A stretch of DNA of 37,666 nucleotides from Candidatus Faecenecus gallistercoris (GTDB taxonomy: Bacteria; Bacillota_I; Bacilli_A; RF39; UBA660). The stretch lies in NCBI GenBank assembly GCA_018713065.1, contig DVFU01000064.1, positions 1-37,666 on the forward strand, read 5' to 3'. Shown one piece after another: positions 8,431-16,975 of this stretch (within the stretch, counting starts at the first letter, position 1; each line of letters opens with the position of its first letter). Both the position numbers and the translations under genes were made by a program. Below the pieces are notes generated by a model. It saw only the letters and a list, made by a program, of their open reading frames with translations, was not told the DNA's origin and made no database searches.

Positions 8431-9314
8431 AACTGATTGCTATCGTAGGTCCAACTGGTGTCGGGAAAACGAAACTTAGTATCGCTCTTGCCAAACATTA
8501 CGATGCAGAGATCATCAACTGTGATGCCATGCAAGTGTACAAAGGAATGGATATTGGAACGGCTAAAGTGACGACGGAAGAGATGGATGGAATTCCTCAT
8601 CATTTACTTTCTTTTGTTCCCGTTACTAGAAATTATACGGTTTTTGATTATCAGAAAGATGGTAGACAAGTCATCGATGAGATACGAAGTCGTGGCAAAA
8701 ACATCATTTTAGTTGGGGGCACCGGTCTTTATTTAAAAGCACTTTTATATCGTTACGAATTTCACGAAGTACCAAAAATCGAACATATTGAAGATTTGAC
8801 GCTAGAAGAAATGCTTGCTACTTTGCAGAGAGAAGGTGTCTCTTTAGAAAATGTCGACGTTTCCAATCGTCGTCGTGTCGAGCGACTTTATACCAATGTG
8901 ATGGCAGGAGTTTTTCCTACTAAGACAGGAAATGAGTTGTTGTATGACGCAGTATTTATCGGTCTTACGACAGAGCGGGAACATTTGTACTCGATTATCG
9001 ATACGAGAGTTTCTAAAATGATTTCCGATGGATTAGTTGATGAAGTAAAATCCCTTCTTCCTTACGCGAATGATAGCAAAGCCCTTTCTACTGCAATCGG
9101 ATATAAAGAAATTATTTCGTATTTAGAAGGAGATTGTACGTTAGAGGAGGCCATTTCCCTGATTCAAAAAAATTCTCGTCATTATGCGAAGCGTCAATAC
9201 ACGTTCTTTCGTCACCAACTTCCAGTTCACTGGATTTCGGTCTGTTTCGATGACTTCCAAAAGACGATTCAAGAAGCCATCGATTGGATTACAAAAGAAA
9301 ACTCTTCCCGGTAG
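8424..9314 (+). CDS. miaA: tRNA dimethylallyltransferase
   Basis: P-loop IAIVGPTGVGKT, DAMQVYKGMDIGTAK, GGTGLY, YAKRQ.T.F. I prefer ATG at 8424 (MLKLIAIVG) over GTG at 8415. Confidence 0.9.
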   Translation: MLKLIAIVGPTGVGKTKLSIALAKHYDAEIINCDAMQVYKGMDIGTAKVTTEEMDGIPHHLLSFVPVTRNYTVFDYQKDGRQVIDEIRSRGKNIILVGGTGLYLKALLYRYEFHEVPKIEHIEDLTLEEMLATLQREGVSLENVDVSNRRRVERLYTNVMAGVFPTKTGNELLYDAVFIGLTTEREHLYSIIDTRVSKMISDGLVDEVKSLLPYANDSKALSTAIGYKEIISYLEGDCTLEEAISLIQKNSRHYAKRQYTFFRHQLPVHWISVCFDDFQKTIQEAIDWITKENSSR

Positions 9315-9328
9315 GAAAGAGTTTTTTT
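9298..9328. terminator. Bidirectional terminator between miaA and the convergent transglutaminase-like gene
   Basis: AAAACTCTTCC-CGGTA-GGAAAGAGTTTT (one bulged A) followed by a T7 run. The minus strand reads hairpin + TTTTCTTTT. The miaA stop lies in the loop. Confidence 0.6.
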
Positions 9329-9330
9329 GT

Positions 9331-10254
9331 TTAAATGGTTGCTTCTTCGTATACAGTTGGATCAAAATCGTGTTGATGTTGATCGACATCGATTTCGTCT
9401 AATTTACTAGCATCGATTAAGAAGAAACTGTATTCGATGGTATCGATTCCAGAAGTCGTGATAGGATCATCCCAAGTGACATCTAAGTGGTACCATTGTT
9501 GGTTTAACTGGACTAAATTCCAAATGTGGTTTTCACTTGCAACTTTGATGTTCGGTAGACCGAATCTCGTTAAGAATATTGCCATTGCATCGGTGTATCC
9601 ACCACAAATTCCGTATCCTTGAAAGAGAGGGCCGATGGCATTATCTGATTCGTATGTTACAATATTGTGGTCGGTTCTTTCAGAATCGTACCTTGTCGAG
9701 TGAATCAAGTAGTCATGAACTGCTCTGATTTTTTCTTGGGTATCTGTCGTCGGAATCGTCGTTAAAATTTCATCCACTTTGCGATTGATTCTTGCAATGT
9801 CGTCATCACTATAAGTGTGCTCGACGTGAATGACGATTTTTCCTAAGGAATCAAATTCCGTTTCGATATTTTTAAAACTGTTAAACGGATGCACGAAGTT
9901 GTTGATATGCGATAATGTAATTTGATCGTTTGACAAGTCTTTGATGTCTTTTAAACAATCTTTGTAATTATCATCGCAATAGAATGTAAAATCATCTAAT
10001 CCACTATCTAGAACCGTGTAGTAAATATTTTTTAAATCCTGTTTACTTGTCGGTGTAAAGTTATTTGTACTTTGTACATAGAAGTAATTTGCACCGGTAT
10101 AATATTCGTTTCGTTCGCTACTGTCGATACTTGCTTCGCGATTGGGATTTAGGAAAGTATTCATATAGAAAGTTACCAGTTCGGTTCGGTATAAGAATAT
10201 CGCTCCTAAAACAATCATCAAAATACCTACTGCTGTCAACTTTCTTATCTTCAT
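9331..10254 (-). CDS. Membrane-anchored transglutaminase-like cysteine protease-fold protein
   Basis: N-terminal TM (LTAVGILMIVLGAIFLY). Cys-His-Asp triad context: GICGGYTDAMAIF, ENHIWNLVQL, HLDVTWDD. AAGGTGAT SD. Confidence 0.7.
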   Translation of the reverse strand: MKIRKLTAVGILMIVLGAIFLYRTELVTFYMNTFLNPNREASIDSSERNEYYTGANYFYVQSTNNFTPTSKQDLKNIYYTVLDSGLDDFTFYCDDNYKDCLKDIKDLSNDQITLSHINNFVHPFNSFKNIETEFDSLGKIVIHVEHTYSDDDIARINRKVDEILTTIPTTDTQEKIRAVHDYLIHSTRYDSERTDHNIVTYESDNAIGPLFQGYGICGGYTDAMAIFLTRFGLPNIKVASENHIWNLVQLNQQWYHLDVTWDDPITTSGIDTIEYSFFLIDASKLDEIDVDQHQHDFDPTVYEEATI

Positions 10255-10288
10255 TTTATCACCTTAGTATAAGTATAACAAAAATGCA

Positions 10289-10314
10289 TAAAAAAAAGAA
10301 GAAAAATCTTCTTT
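10289..10314 (-). terminator. rpsT terminator
   Basis: The minus strand reads AAGAAGA-TTTT-TCTTCTT followed by T7, starting 4 nt after the rpsT stop. Confidence 0.7.
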
Positions 10315-10317
10315 AAT

Positions 10318-10584
10318 TTATTCTGCATTATTTGCAAGTTTTGCTAGTCTTGATTTATCTCTAGCAGCTTTGTTTTTCTTAATGATTCCCTTGTTTAAGG
10401 CTTTGTCGATTCGTTTTACAGCAACATCTACTGCACTATTTAGTTCTTCTTTTGAAGCGTTGTTATTAGCAGCTTTTTCTACGTTTTTAATTGCTGTTCT
10501 CATGCTTGATCTTACTAAAACGTTTGCATCTTTCTTTTTTGCAGTTACTTTTACACGTTTTTTAGCACTTTTGATAATTGGCAT
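10318..10584 (-). CDS. rpsT: 30S ribosomal protein S20
   Basis: MPIIKSAKKRVKVTAKKK..., 88 aa, GAGGTG SD 7 nt upstream of ATG 10584. The 5' extension to 10710 in the ORF track is read-through of the promoter region. Confidence 0.9.
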   Translation of the reverse strand: MPIIKSAKKRVKVTAKKKDANVLVRSSMRTAIKNVEKAANNNASKEELNSAVDVAVKRIDKALNKGIIKKNKAARDKSRLAKLANNAE

Positions 10585-10688
10585 TTCTTTCACCTCACTT
10601 TTTACGAACATATTAATGATAACAAAAAACTCATAAAAAAGCAAATAAAACTTGCATTTTTCGGGAAAAGTATAATAGGTGATGCTTT

Positions 10689-11642
10689 TTGAAGAAGATT
10701 TGGAATACAAGAACGGACTTAATTACCGAGCAAGAAGATCAAAAGAAAAACGAGAAAACTTATGAAATTGATGGGATTTCTGTAACGAAATCTTTGATGA
10801 ACGGAACGTATTATACGATTCGATTTGAAGATTTGTCGAATGTTTTAGAACGAAAAAATTTAATTCATGCTCTTACAAAGACATTTTCGGAACTGTTTCA
10901 ACAACTGAATTTATCTTTTGAATCATCGTGTTTGGTGGTGGGATTAGGGAATCGTGAGTCGACACCGGATTCTCTTGGTCCAATCGTGCTACAGAATTTG
11001 ATTGTAACCAAGTATTTATTCGATCAAAATACGATTACAATGTTAGATAAATATCGGAACGTTTCATCATTTGCTCCTAATGTGACGGGAGTTACAGGTT
11101 TAGAGACCATCGAGTTAATCAAAAGTGTCATTACGACCTTTCATCCGGATTTTGTCATTGCAATCGATGCTCTGGCATCTTCTAAAATCGAAAATATTTT
11201 AAAAGTAATCCAGATTACAGATACAGGGATTCATCCTGGCTCTGGAGTAGGGAACAATCGTGGCGAATTATCGGGCAATACGTTGGGAATTCCTGTCATT
11301 GCCGTCGGTGTCCCTACTGTCATCGATGGAGTCACTATCGTCTACGATACCATCCGCTATTTGTACCAAAAGATCAGTTATACCAAAAAGAATTTCAAGA
11401 AAGAAAAACTCTCTCTTTTTTCTAACTCTCATCATAAATACCAAGATGAACTTTCAGAGGATGAAAAGAGTAAGTTATTAGGAAGCGTCGGAACTCTCAC
11501 AGAAGGCGATTTAAAGCAATTATTAAAAGAAGTTTTAGTCGATGAAAATCTGATTGTCAGTCCAAAAGAAATCGATTTCGATATTAGTAAATTAGGAAAT
11601 ATCTTGAGCGATGCTCTCAATAAAAGTTTGCACCGGTTATAG
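10689..11642 (+). CDS. gpr: Germination protease (GPR endopeptidase)
   Basis: LVVGLGNRESTPDSLGP, PDFVIAIDALA, TDTGIHPGSGVGNNR and IPVIAVGVPTV match Bacillus Gpr almost motif for motif. TTG start 6 nt after AGGTGA. Confidence 0.9.
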   Translation: MKKIWNTRTDLITEQEDQKKNEKTYEIDGISVTKSLMNGTYYTIRFEDLSNVLERKNLIHALTKTFSELFQQLNLSFESSCLVVGLGNRESTPDSLGPIVLQNLIVTKYLFDQNTITMLDKYRNVSSFAPNVTGVTGLETIELIKSVITTFHPDFVIAIDALASSKIENILKVIQITDTGIHPGSGVGNNRGELSGNTLGIPVIAVGVPTVIDGVTIVYDTIRYLYQKISYTKKNFKKEKLSLFSNSHHKYQDELSEDEKSKLLGSVGTLTEGDLKQLLKEVLVDENLIVSPKEIDFDISKLGNILSDALNKSLHRL

Positions 11643-11696
11643 TTCGACAAAATGATACTACTGTTCCTGCTACAATGTTTGTAGAAAGGAAGTGGT

Positions 11697-12569
11697 ATTA
11701 GGAAAAAGAAACGAATCTATGGCATTTTATTTTTAGGATTACTAGCGACTCTTGTTTTTTATTTTGCAAGACGGAGTGATCGTTCACTCGTAGAGATTAC
11801 TTCTACCTTTGCAACAAAAGGAATCGATTTTTCTTCTGATGCTACTTCTGAGCATTCTTCTTTTGATCCGCTAGAGTCTATTTTAGAAGGAACGTTTCAA
11901 ACATATGTGTTTTCTCCTCCGACGTCAACACCTTCTCCCGATGGTAAATTATTTCAGCCCCTGATCTACTTTTACAATAGTCATCCGGGAGAAGAGTATC
12001 AGGCCGATATGGTGAATGGTTTTGGAGTGGCACCCAACGTGACAGTAACAAACTATATTTTACAAGAAGAATTCAAAAAAAGAGGAATCGATGTCGTCGT
12101 CGAAGAGCGAAGTGCAACGGATGTATTAAATGCCAACGGTTGGAAATATGCTAGGAGTTACGATGCCACTAGAACGTTTTTAGAAAGTGCCATCTTGGAG
12201 TATCCAACTTTAGAGTACTTTGTAGATTTACATCGTGACTCTGTCTCTAGAGGAATTTCTACGGTTACGATTGGAGACACTGATTATGCCAAAGTGATGT
12301 TTTTAATTGGTATGGAAAATACTGGTCATGCGGCGAACGAAGCCTTAACCGTTCAAATTGAACAATACTTAAACAGTCATTACGAAGGGATTTCGAGAGG
12401 AATTTACCGCAAGAGTGGGGCTGGAGTGAACGGCGTTTACAATCAAGATTTTTCTGGTAATACGATTTTGATAGAGATTGGTGGTATGGAAAACACATTA
12501 GAAGAAGTCTATCACACTTGTCTTGCAATCGCAGAAGCACTTTATGCTGTGATGGTAGGTGATGCATGA
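11697..12569 (+). CDS. spoIIP: Stage II sporulation protein P (start codon uncertain, probably ATT)
   Basis: FVDLHRDS, VMFLIGMEN and ILIEIGGMEN are SpoIIP/amidase-like motifs. The frame is open from 11685 and encodes a signal anchor (IRKKKRIYGILFLGLLATLVFYFA) before the first canonical start (GTG 11907). ATT at 11697 lies 6 nt after AAAGGAAG. Confidence 0.7.
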   Translation: MRKKKRIYGILFLGLLATLVFYFARRSDRSLVEITSTFATKGIDFSSDATSEHSSFDPLESILEGTFQTYVFSPPTSTPSPDGKLFQPLIYFYNSHPGEEYQADMVNGFGVAPNVTVTNYILQEEFKKRGIDVVVEERSATDVLNANGWKYARSYDATRTFLESAILEYPTLEYFVDLHRDSVSRGISTVTIGDTDYAKVMFLIGMENTGHAANEALTVQIEQYLNSHYEGISRGIYRKSGAGVNGVYNQDFSGNTILIEIGGMENTLEEVYHTCLAIAEALYAVMVGDA

Positions 12570-12886
12570 AAGTAAAGGATGTATGGCTTGGAATATTCAT
12601 CTTTTTATTGGTCATCTTCTTTGGACTGTATTTTTCTTCTAAAACCGGTTACTACGAAACAGAAGAAAAAAATAAAACAATTTTAACTTTAGAACAAATC
12701 AAAGCATTTGAAACGGATGTCCAAAATGGTGCGGAAATCGATCTCAAAGAATACTTAAAAACATTCGAAAAAGATTACGATAACACGATTTCCTCTTCTT
12801 CTTTACATCTTTCCAATTGGATTGGCAAGACCATTAAAGATGTCCTTACCAACGCCATTAAAAGTTTAGCTAAAATGGTTTCTTAA
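12566..12886 (+). CDS. Small single-TM protein at the yqxA position (DUF3679-like by context)
   Basis: ATGA start/stop overlap with spoIIP. One N-terminal TM helix followed by a charged tail. Size and position match Bacillus yqxA. The call is by position, not by sequence. Confidence 0.5.
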   Translation: MKVKDVWLGIFIFLLVIFFGLYFSSKTGYYETEEKNKTILTLEQIKAFETDVQNGAEIDLKEYLKTFEKDYDNTISSSSLHLSNWIGKTIKDVLTNAIKSLAKMVS

Positions 12887-12916
12887 AAGTCTTCGAAAGA
12901 AGGCTTTTTTCTTTTT
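12886..12916 (+). terminator. Terminator after the spoIIP / yqxA-like genes
   Basis: AAAGTCTTC-GAAA-GAAGGCTTT (one G-T pair) followed by TTTCTTTTTC. Confidence 0.65.
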
Positions 12917-12952
12917 CTATTTTTATTGTATAATAGATGTAGGAGGCTAGTT

Positions 12953-13708
12953 ATGAGAACGACATTTTTAGAAAAACGACTATTTTCCTTTTTTCTTTCT
13001 TTATTTGTATTATTTGGATGTTTCTTTTTCTTTTGGCAAAGGGATCGTTCGATTGGCTTCGATTTTGAATTTTTCTCTTATTCTATTGCGTGTATGATTT
13101 TGTGCTTTTTGTTTTATCGTTTGCTCTTATTTTTATTTTCTTTCTTAAAACGAAGCGAGACTGGTTCTTATTATTCTTCTAAATATGTACATTCTCATGG
13201 TGTACAGGAGGTTTTAAAAACATCTCGAATTTCGTTTCGGACTTGTTTAAAGAAAGATTTGGAAGATTTAGAAAAAAGACGTTACATCACGAAAGAGAAA
13301 GATTCGTATCACGTTACGACAATTTTAAAAAACTACGGTGTATTCGATTCTCACTTGCGTGTCATTACCGATTATCTACAGGGGGGCGATAAGTCGTTCA
13401 AAGACTTTTTTACGCCTGCTTTTAAAAAATGTTATTTAAAACTTTTGACATCGGATATGGAGCAGGCAGGACTTTTAAAAAAACAAGGGATTTTCTTAGA
13501 CTTTTTATCTTACATTATTTTTGTTTTGTATATTGTATTGCTAGCATCTTTTTCGTTACATGGCTTTTATTTACCGGAAATATCGGGACGTTTTGGACAA
13601 CTATTTTTGTTTTTTCTAATTACTTGTTTATTTCAATTTGTTTTCTTTCATTTTGTATTTCGGAATTCTTATCAAGTTACTTCGTTTGGAAAATCTTATA
13701 AAATCTAG
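12953..13708 (+). CDS. Hypothetical polytopic membrane protein with a central soluble (winged-helix-like?) segment
   Basis: ATG at 12953 sits 6 nt after AGGAGG. There are 2 N-terminal and 2-3 C-terminal TM helices flanking a ~110-aa charged region (LEDLEKRRYITKEKDSYHVT). It has its own terminator. Confidence 0.6.
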   Translation: MRTTFLEKRLFSFFLSLFVLFGCFFFFWQRDRSIGFDFEFFSYSIACMILCFLFYRLLLFLFSFLKRSETGSYYSSKYVHSHGVQEVLKTSRISFRTCLKKDLEDLEKRRYITKEKDSYHVTTILKNYGVFDSHLRVITDYLQGGDKSFKDFFTPAFKKCYLKLLTSDMEQAGLLKKQGIFLDFLSYIIFVLYIVLLASFSLHGFYLPEISGRFGQLFLFFLITCLFQFVFFHFVFRNSYQVTSFGKSYKI

Positions 13709-13721
13709 ATTATTTGATTCG

Positions 13722-13752
13722 ATATGGAATGATGATTCGTTCCATATTTTTT
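13722..13752 (+). terminator. Terminator after the 12953-13708 membrane protein gene
   Basis: ATATGGAA-N10-TTCCATAT followed by TTTTTT. Confidence 0.65.
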
Positions 13753-13754
13753 AG

Positions 13755-13783
13755 TTGCTTTTTTTCTTCTTTCTCGTTATACT
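13755..13783 (+). promoter_or_regulatory. Putative promoter of the ThyX-like gene
   Basis: TTGCTT-17 nt-TATACT, between the preceding terminator and the AGGAGG SD. Confidence 0.45.
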
Positions 13784-13829
13784 TTTATTTAGATAAGGGT
13801 AAGAAGCGGGAAATAGTAGGAGGAAATAT

Positions 13830-15062
13830 ATGGGAATTAACAATTTAAAAGTCAATTTACTAGAAAATACACCGTTTTTAAACAGTGATGGTACGTTCGA
13901 TTTAAAAAGAGCCATGACGCATTCTGGTCATATCGCTGGAATTTGTTACAATCAGAATGGTCTTGCAGCGTCTTTTGAGGAGAGCCCTGATAAGACGGAA
14001 CATCGTGTCAATATGAATGCGAACAATGGTCATCAATCCGTATTTGAACATATTGGCTTGACGTTAGATATCGAGAATTCACCTAAGATGTTCAACATGG
14101 TTTTAAATAATGAAGGACAGTACAATGCCAGTGAGAGAAGTTTGCGGTATACGAAGCCTAGTGCCCATGCCGGGTTATCGGATAGGGAAGTAGAACTTTA
14201 CGATAAGTGGTATCACATCTTTTTGGATTTGATCGAACAAAATCTCGGGACTGCTTTACCAGACCGAAAGAAGAGAACGTTGGCGCAAGAAAATGCGAGA
14301 TCGATGACGAGTGTCTTTTATCAAACAGAACTTGTCTATACTGTTCCATTAGCACAACTAAATCGGCTTTTAATGATGATGGAAGTGTATGAAAAAGAAA
14401 GCAAAGGTACATCGTTTGATGAGAGATTAATCGATTCTTTTCATGCTTTCCGTTCTGAATGTGAACGTCTTCATCTAGTGGATGAGCGTCTTCTTACGAA
14501 TTTTAAGAATCGTCATTTGCGTCTTTTTGCTAAGCCGGGAGATGATCTTGATAAAAAGTTCTTCCGCGATGAATTTGGAGAAAGTTATTCTACTACGTAT
14601 ACAGAGTCTTTTGCTGCATTTGCCCAGGCCCAACGACATCGTACGATTTCTTACCAAATTCAAATTCCTGAAGGAGATAAGTACGGTTACTTCGTACCGG
14701 AGTTATTATCCTCTAAGTGCAAGCACGATGGGTATGATGGTCGTGACTTGACGCGGGAGTGGCAACAAGATATTCAGAGCATTCGTTCTGTCTATCCGAA
14801 CGGTATGAAAATTGCTGTTCAAGAACGTGGCACGTTAGAAAATTTCATCGAAAAATTAAAAGAACGGGAATGTACTGCAGCTCAATATGAAATTTGGAAA
14901 GATACCGATGATACTTTGACTGAGTACATGGAAGCGTTAGACCGTACGAAACATCCTGCTGCTGATAGACTGAGACCTTACACCAAGACCATGCGCTGTG
15001 GATTTCCTGGTTTTACTTGTACGAACCCTTGCGGCAATCCGTCTAAAAATAGAATCGTATAA
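13830..15062 (+). CDS. ThyX-like (flavin-dependent thymidylate synthase fold) protein, internally duplicated, 410 aa
   Basis: AGGAGG SD. First half: GHQSVFEH ... SERSLRY ... ENARSM. Second half: AQRHRTISYQ ... ERGTLENFIEKLKER ... AAQYEI. Both halves align by eye to T. maritima ThyX (GHETPFEH, RHRIASYNELSGRY, NARSLMNFLNLR, HAQWEI). Confidence 0.7.
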   Translation: MGINNLKVNLLENTPFLNSDGTFDLKRAMTHSGHIAGICYNQNGLAASFEESPDKTEHRVNMNANNGHQSVFEHIGLTLDIENSPKMFNMVLNNEGQYNASERSLRYTKPSAHAGLSDREVELYDKWYHIFLDLIEQNLGTALPDRKKRTLAQENARSMTSVFYQTELVYTVPLAQLNRLLMMMEVYEKESKGTSFDERLIDSFHAFRSECERLHLVDERLLTNFKNRHLRLFAKPGDDLDKKFFRDEFGESYSTTYTESFAAFAQAQRHRTISYQIQIPEGDKYGYFVPELLSSKCKHDGYDGRDLTREWQQDIQSIRSVYPNGMKIAVQERGTLENFIEKLKERECTAAQYEIWKDTDDTLTEYMEALDRTKHPAADRLRPYTKTMRCGFPGFTCTNPCGNPSKNRIV

Positions 15063-15085
15063 CACAGAATTTCTGTGTTATTTTC
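15061..15085 (+). terminator. Terminator after the ThyX-like gene
   Basis: AACACAG-AATTT-CTGTGTT followed by ATTTTCATTT. It starts inside the stop codon. Confidence 0.65.
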
Positions 15086-15099
15086 ATTTGTTTCCAGAT

Positions 15100-15128
15100 T
15101 TGATTTCTACCTGTTTTTGTGATACAAT
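15100..15128 (+). promoter_or_regulatory. Putative lepA sigma-A promoter
   Basis: TTGATT, a 17-nt spacer ending in TGa, then TACAAT (15123-15128). It lies downstream of the ThyX-like gene terminator. Confidence 0.55.
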
Positions 15129-15166
15129 GTACTAAGTTTTAGAAAAATTGACAAGTAGGTGACGTT

Positions 15167-16966
15167 ATGAAACAATCGAATATCAGAAATTTTTCCATCA
15201 TTGCTCATATCGATCACGGAAAAAGTACGTTAGCGGATCGAATTTTAGAAGTGACAGGTGCCGTTTCTAAACGAGAAGCAAAAGAACAGATGTTAGATAG
15301 TATGGATATCGAACGGGAGCGTGGCATCACGATTAAACTGAATGCCGTCCAACTTTCGTATCATCATAATGGCGAAGATTATTTGTTAAACTTGATTGAT
15401 ACTCCGGGGCACGTCGATTTCTCCTATGAAGTGAGTCGTAGTTTAGCGGCTTGTGAAGGGGCAATTTTAGTGGTCGATGCGGCGCAAGGAATCGAGGCTC
15501 AGACATTAGCCAATTTATATTTAGCGATGGAACACGATCTGACGATTATACCGGTCATCAACAAGATCGACTTACCGAATGCGGATATTCCGAAAGTAAA
15601 GGGAGAACTCATCTCCAATTTAGGATTTTCGGAAGATGAAATTATTTTGACGAGTGCTAAAACGGGTGAAGGAATCGAAAGTTTAGTAGAAGCTGTCATC
15701 GAACGGATTCCCGCGCCAAAAGGAGATGCCAAAGATTCTTTACAAGCATTAATATTCGATAGTTATTTCGATTCTTATCGCGGTGTCGTCGTACTGGCTC
15801 GGTTAATGGCGGGAAGTCTTGCCGTAGGTGATAAAATTTTGTTTATGAAGACTGGTGCCAGTTATGTTGTAACGGAACTATTTACGATGAACCCGAAAGA
15901 AGAGAAAATTTCTTCAGCAGTGGCAGGGGACGTCTGTTACATCGTCGCGTCGATTAAAGATATTCAAGACGTACATGTCGGAGACACCATTACCCATATG
16001 GACCAGCCGGCAACGGATGCGATTACGGGATATCAACCGATGAAACCGATGGTTTACTGTGGACTTTATCCGATTGATTCTACTAAGTTTGACGAGTTAC
16101 GAGAATCGTTAGATAAATTAAAATTAAACGATGCATCTTTATTTTATGAAGCAGAGACATCGAAAGCGTTGGGATTTGGTTTCCGCTGTGGTTTTTTAGG
16201 ACTTTTGCATATGGAAATCACATTAGAGCGAATTGAACGAGAATTTAAAATTCCTTTGATTGCAACGGCTCCATCCGTTATTTATCATGTTACACTGACG
16301 ACTGGCGAGACCATTGAAATCGATTCACCAGTAAAACTTCCGGATCGAACGTTGATTAAAGAAATTGAAGAACCATTTGTCAAAACGAGTATTTTTACAC
16401 CATCCACTTACATTGGTCCAATTATGGAACTATGTCAAGGAAAACGTGGTGTTTATATTGGAATGGATTATATCGATCAGACGCGAGTCGACATTCATTA
16501 CGAATTGCCATTATCTGAAATCATTTACGATTTCTTCGACCGATTGAAGAGTTCTACGAAAGGATATGCCTCTTTCGATTATGAAGTAATCGGTTACCGT
16601 GCTTCTTCTCTCGTACGATTAGATATCTTATTAAATGGAGAAATCGTCGATGCTTTTTCTATTATCGTTCATAAAGATTTTGCTTATGCACGAGGACGAA
16701 GTATCGTATCTAAACTTCGTGAAGTAATTCCTAGACAGTTGTTCGAGGTTCCGATTCAGGCGGCCATTGGTGGTAAAGTAATCGCAAGAGAGACCATCAA
16801 AGCCCTTCGTAAGGACGTTCTTGCTAAATGCTATGGTGGCGATATCACAAGAAAACGAAAACTGTTAGAGAAACAAAAAGAAGGTAAAAAGAGAATGAAA
16901 CAGGTTGGAAACGTAGAAATTCCACAGGAAGCATTCTTATCCGTTCTAACTATGGATGAAAGGTAG
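15167..16966 (+). CDS. lepA: Elongation factor 4
   Basis: [33 protein letters not shown] and the C-terminal LepA domain ([23 protein letters not shown]). 599 aa. Confidence 0.97.
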   Translation: MKQSNIRNFSIIAHIDHGKSTLADRILEVTGAVSKREAKEQMLDSMDIERERGITIKLNAVQLSYHHNGEDYLLNLIDTPGHVDFSYEVSRSLAACEGAILVVDAAQGIEAQTLANLYLAMEHDLTIIPVINKIDLPNADIPKVKGELISNLGFSEDEIILTSAKTGEGIESLVEAVIERIPAPKGDAKDSLQALIFDSYFDSYRGVVVLARLMAGSLAVGDKILFMKTGASYVVTELFTMNPKEEKISSAVAGDVCYIVASIKDIQDVHVGDTITHMDQPATDAITGYQPMKPMVYCGLYPIDSTKFDELRESLDKLKLNDASLFYEAETSKALGFGFRCGFLGLLHMEITLERIEREFKIPLIATAPSVIYHVTLTTGETIEIDSPVKLPDRTLIKEIEEPFVKTSIFTPSTYIGPIMELCQGKRGVYIGMDYIDQTRVDIHYELPLSEIIYDFFDRLKSSTKGYASFDYEVIGYRASSLVRLDILLNGEIVDAFSIIVHKDFAYARGRSIVSKLREVIPRQLFEVPIQAAIGGKVIARETIKALRKDVLAKCYGGDITRKRKLLEKQKEGKKRMKQVGNVEIPQEAFLSVLTMDER

Positions 16967-16975
16967 TGTAACAAA

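Noticed and set aside
9141-9402. ORFs 9141-9389 (minus) and 9184-9402 (plus) at the miaA / transglutaminase-like junction
   Set aside because: Both are out-of-frame or antisense overlaps of two well-supported convergent genes, and both span the bidirectional terminator.
10652-10676. TTGCAT ... TATAAT upstream of gpr, considered as a promoter
   Set aside because: The spacer is only 13 nt. The TATAAT abuts the gpr SD (AGGTGA at 10677), so a transcript from it would lack the RBS. I could not fit forespore sigma-F/G consensus elements convincingly either.
10585-10710. 5' extensions of track ORFs: rpsT to 10710, nusB from 30833, xseA from 31284, cvpA from 2128, rnhC to 2084, paralog B from 25783
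   Set aside because: In each case an internal ATG preceded by a proper SD gives the canonical family N-terminus. The extension runs through promoter/SD sequence or the preceding gene.
11692-11736. Programmed -1 frameshift on GGAAAAAG linking GTG 11692 to the spoIIP frame
   Set aside because: The run is only A5, not the classic A-AAA-AAG heptamer. The P-site re-pairing would be poor. The GTG sits only 1 nt from the SD. An ATT start or a homopolymer miscall is simpler; both are kept as alternatives in the spoIIP finding.
13429-13701. Alternative-frame 90-aa hydrophobic ORF inside the 12953-13708 membrane protein gene, considered as a possible overlapping gene
   Set aside because: The T-rich sequence gives Phe/Leu/Ile-rich translations in every frame. 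There is no SD. The main frame is continuous from a strong AGGAGG-ATG start.
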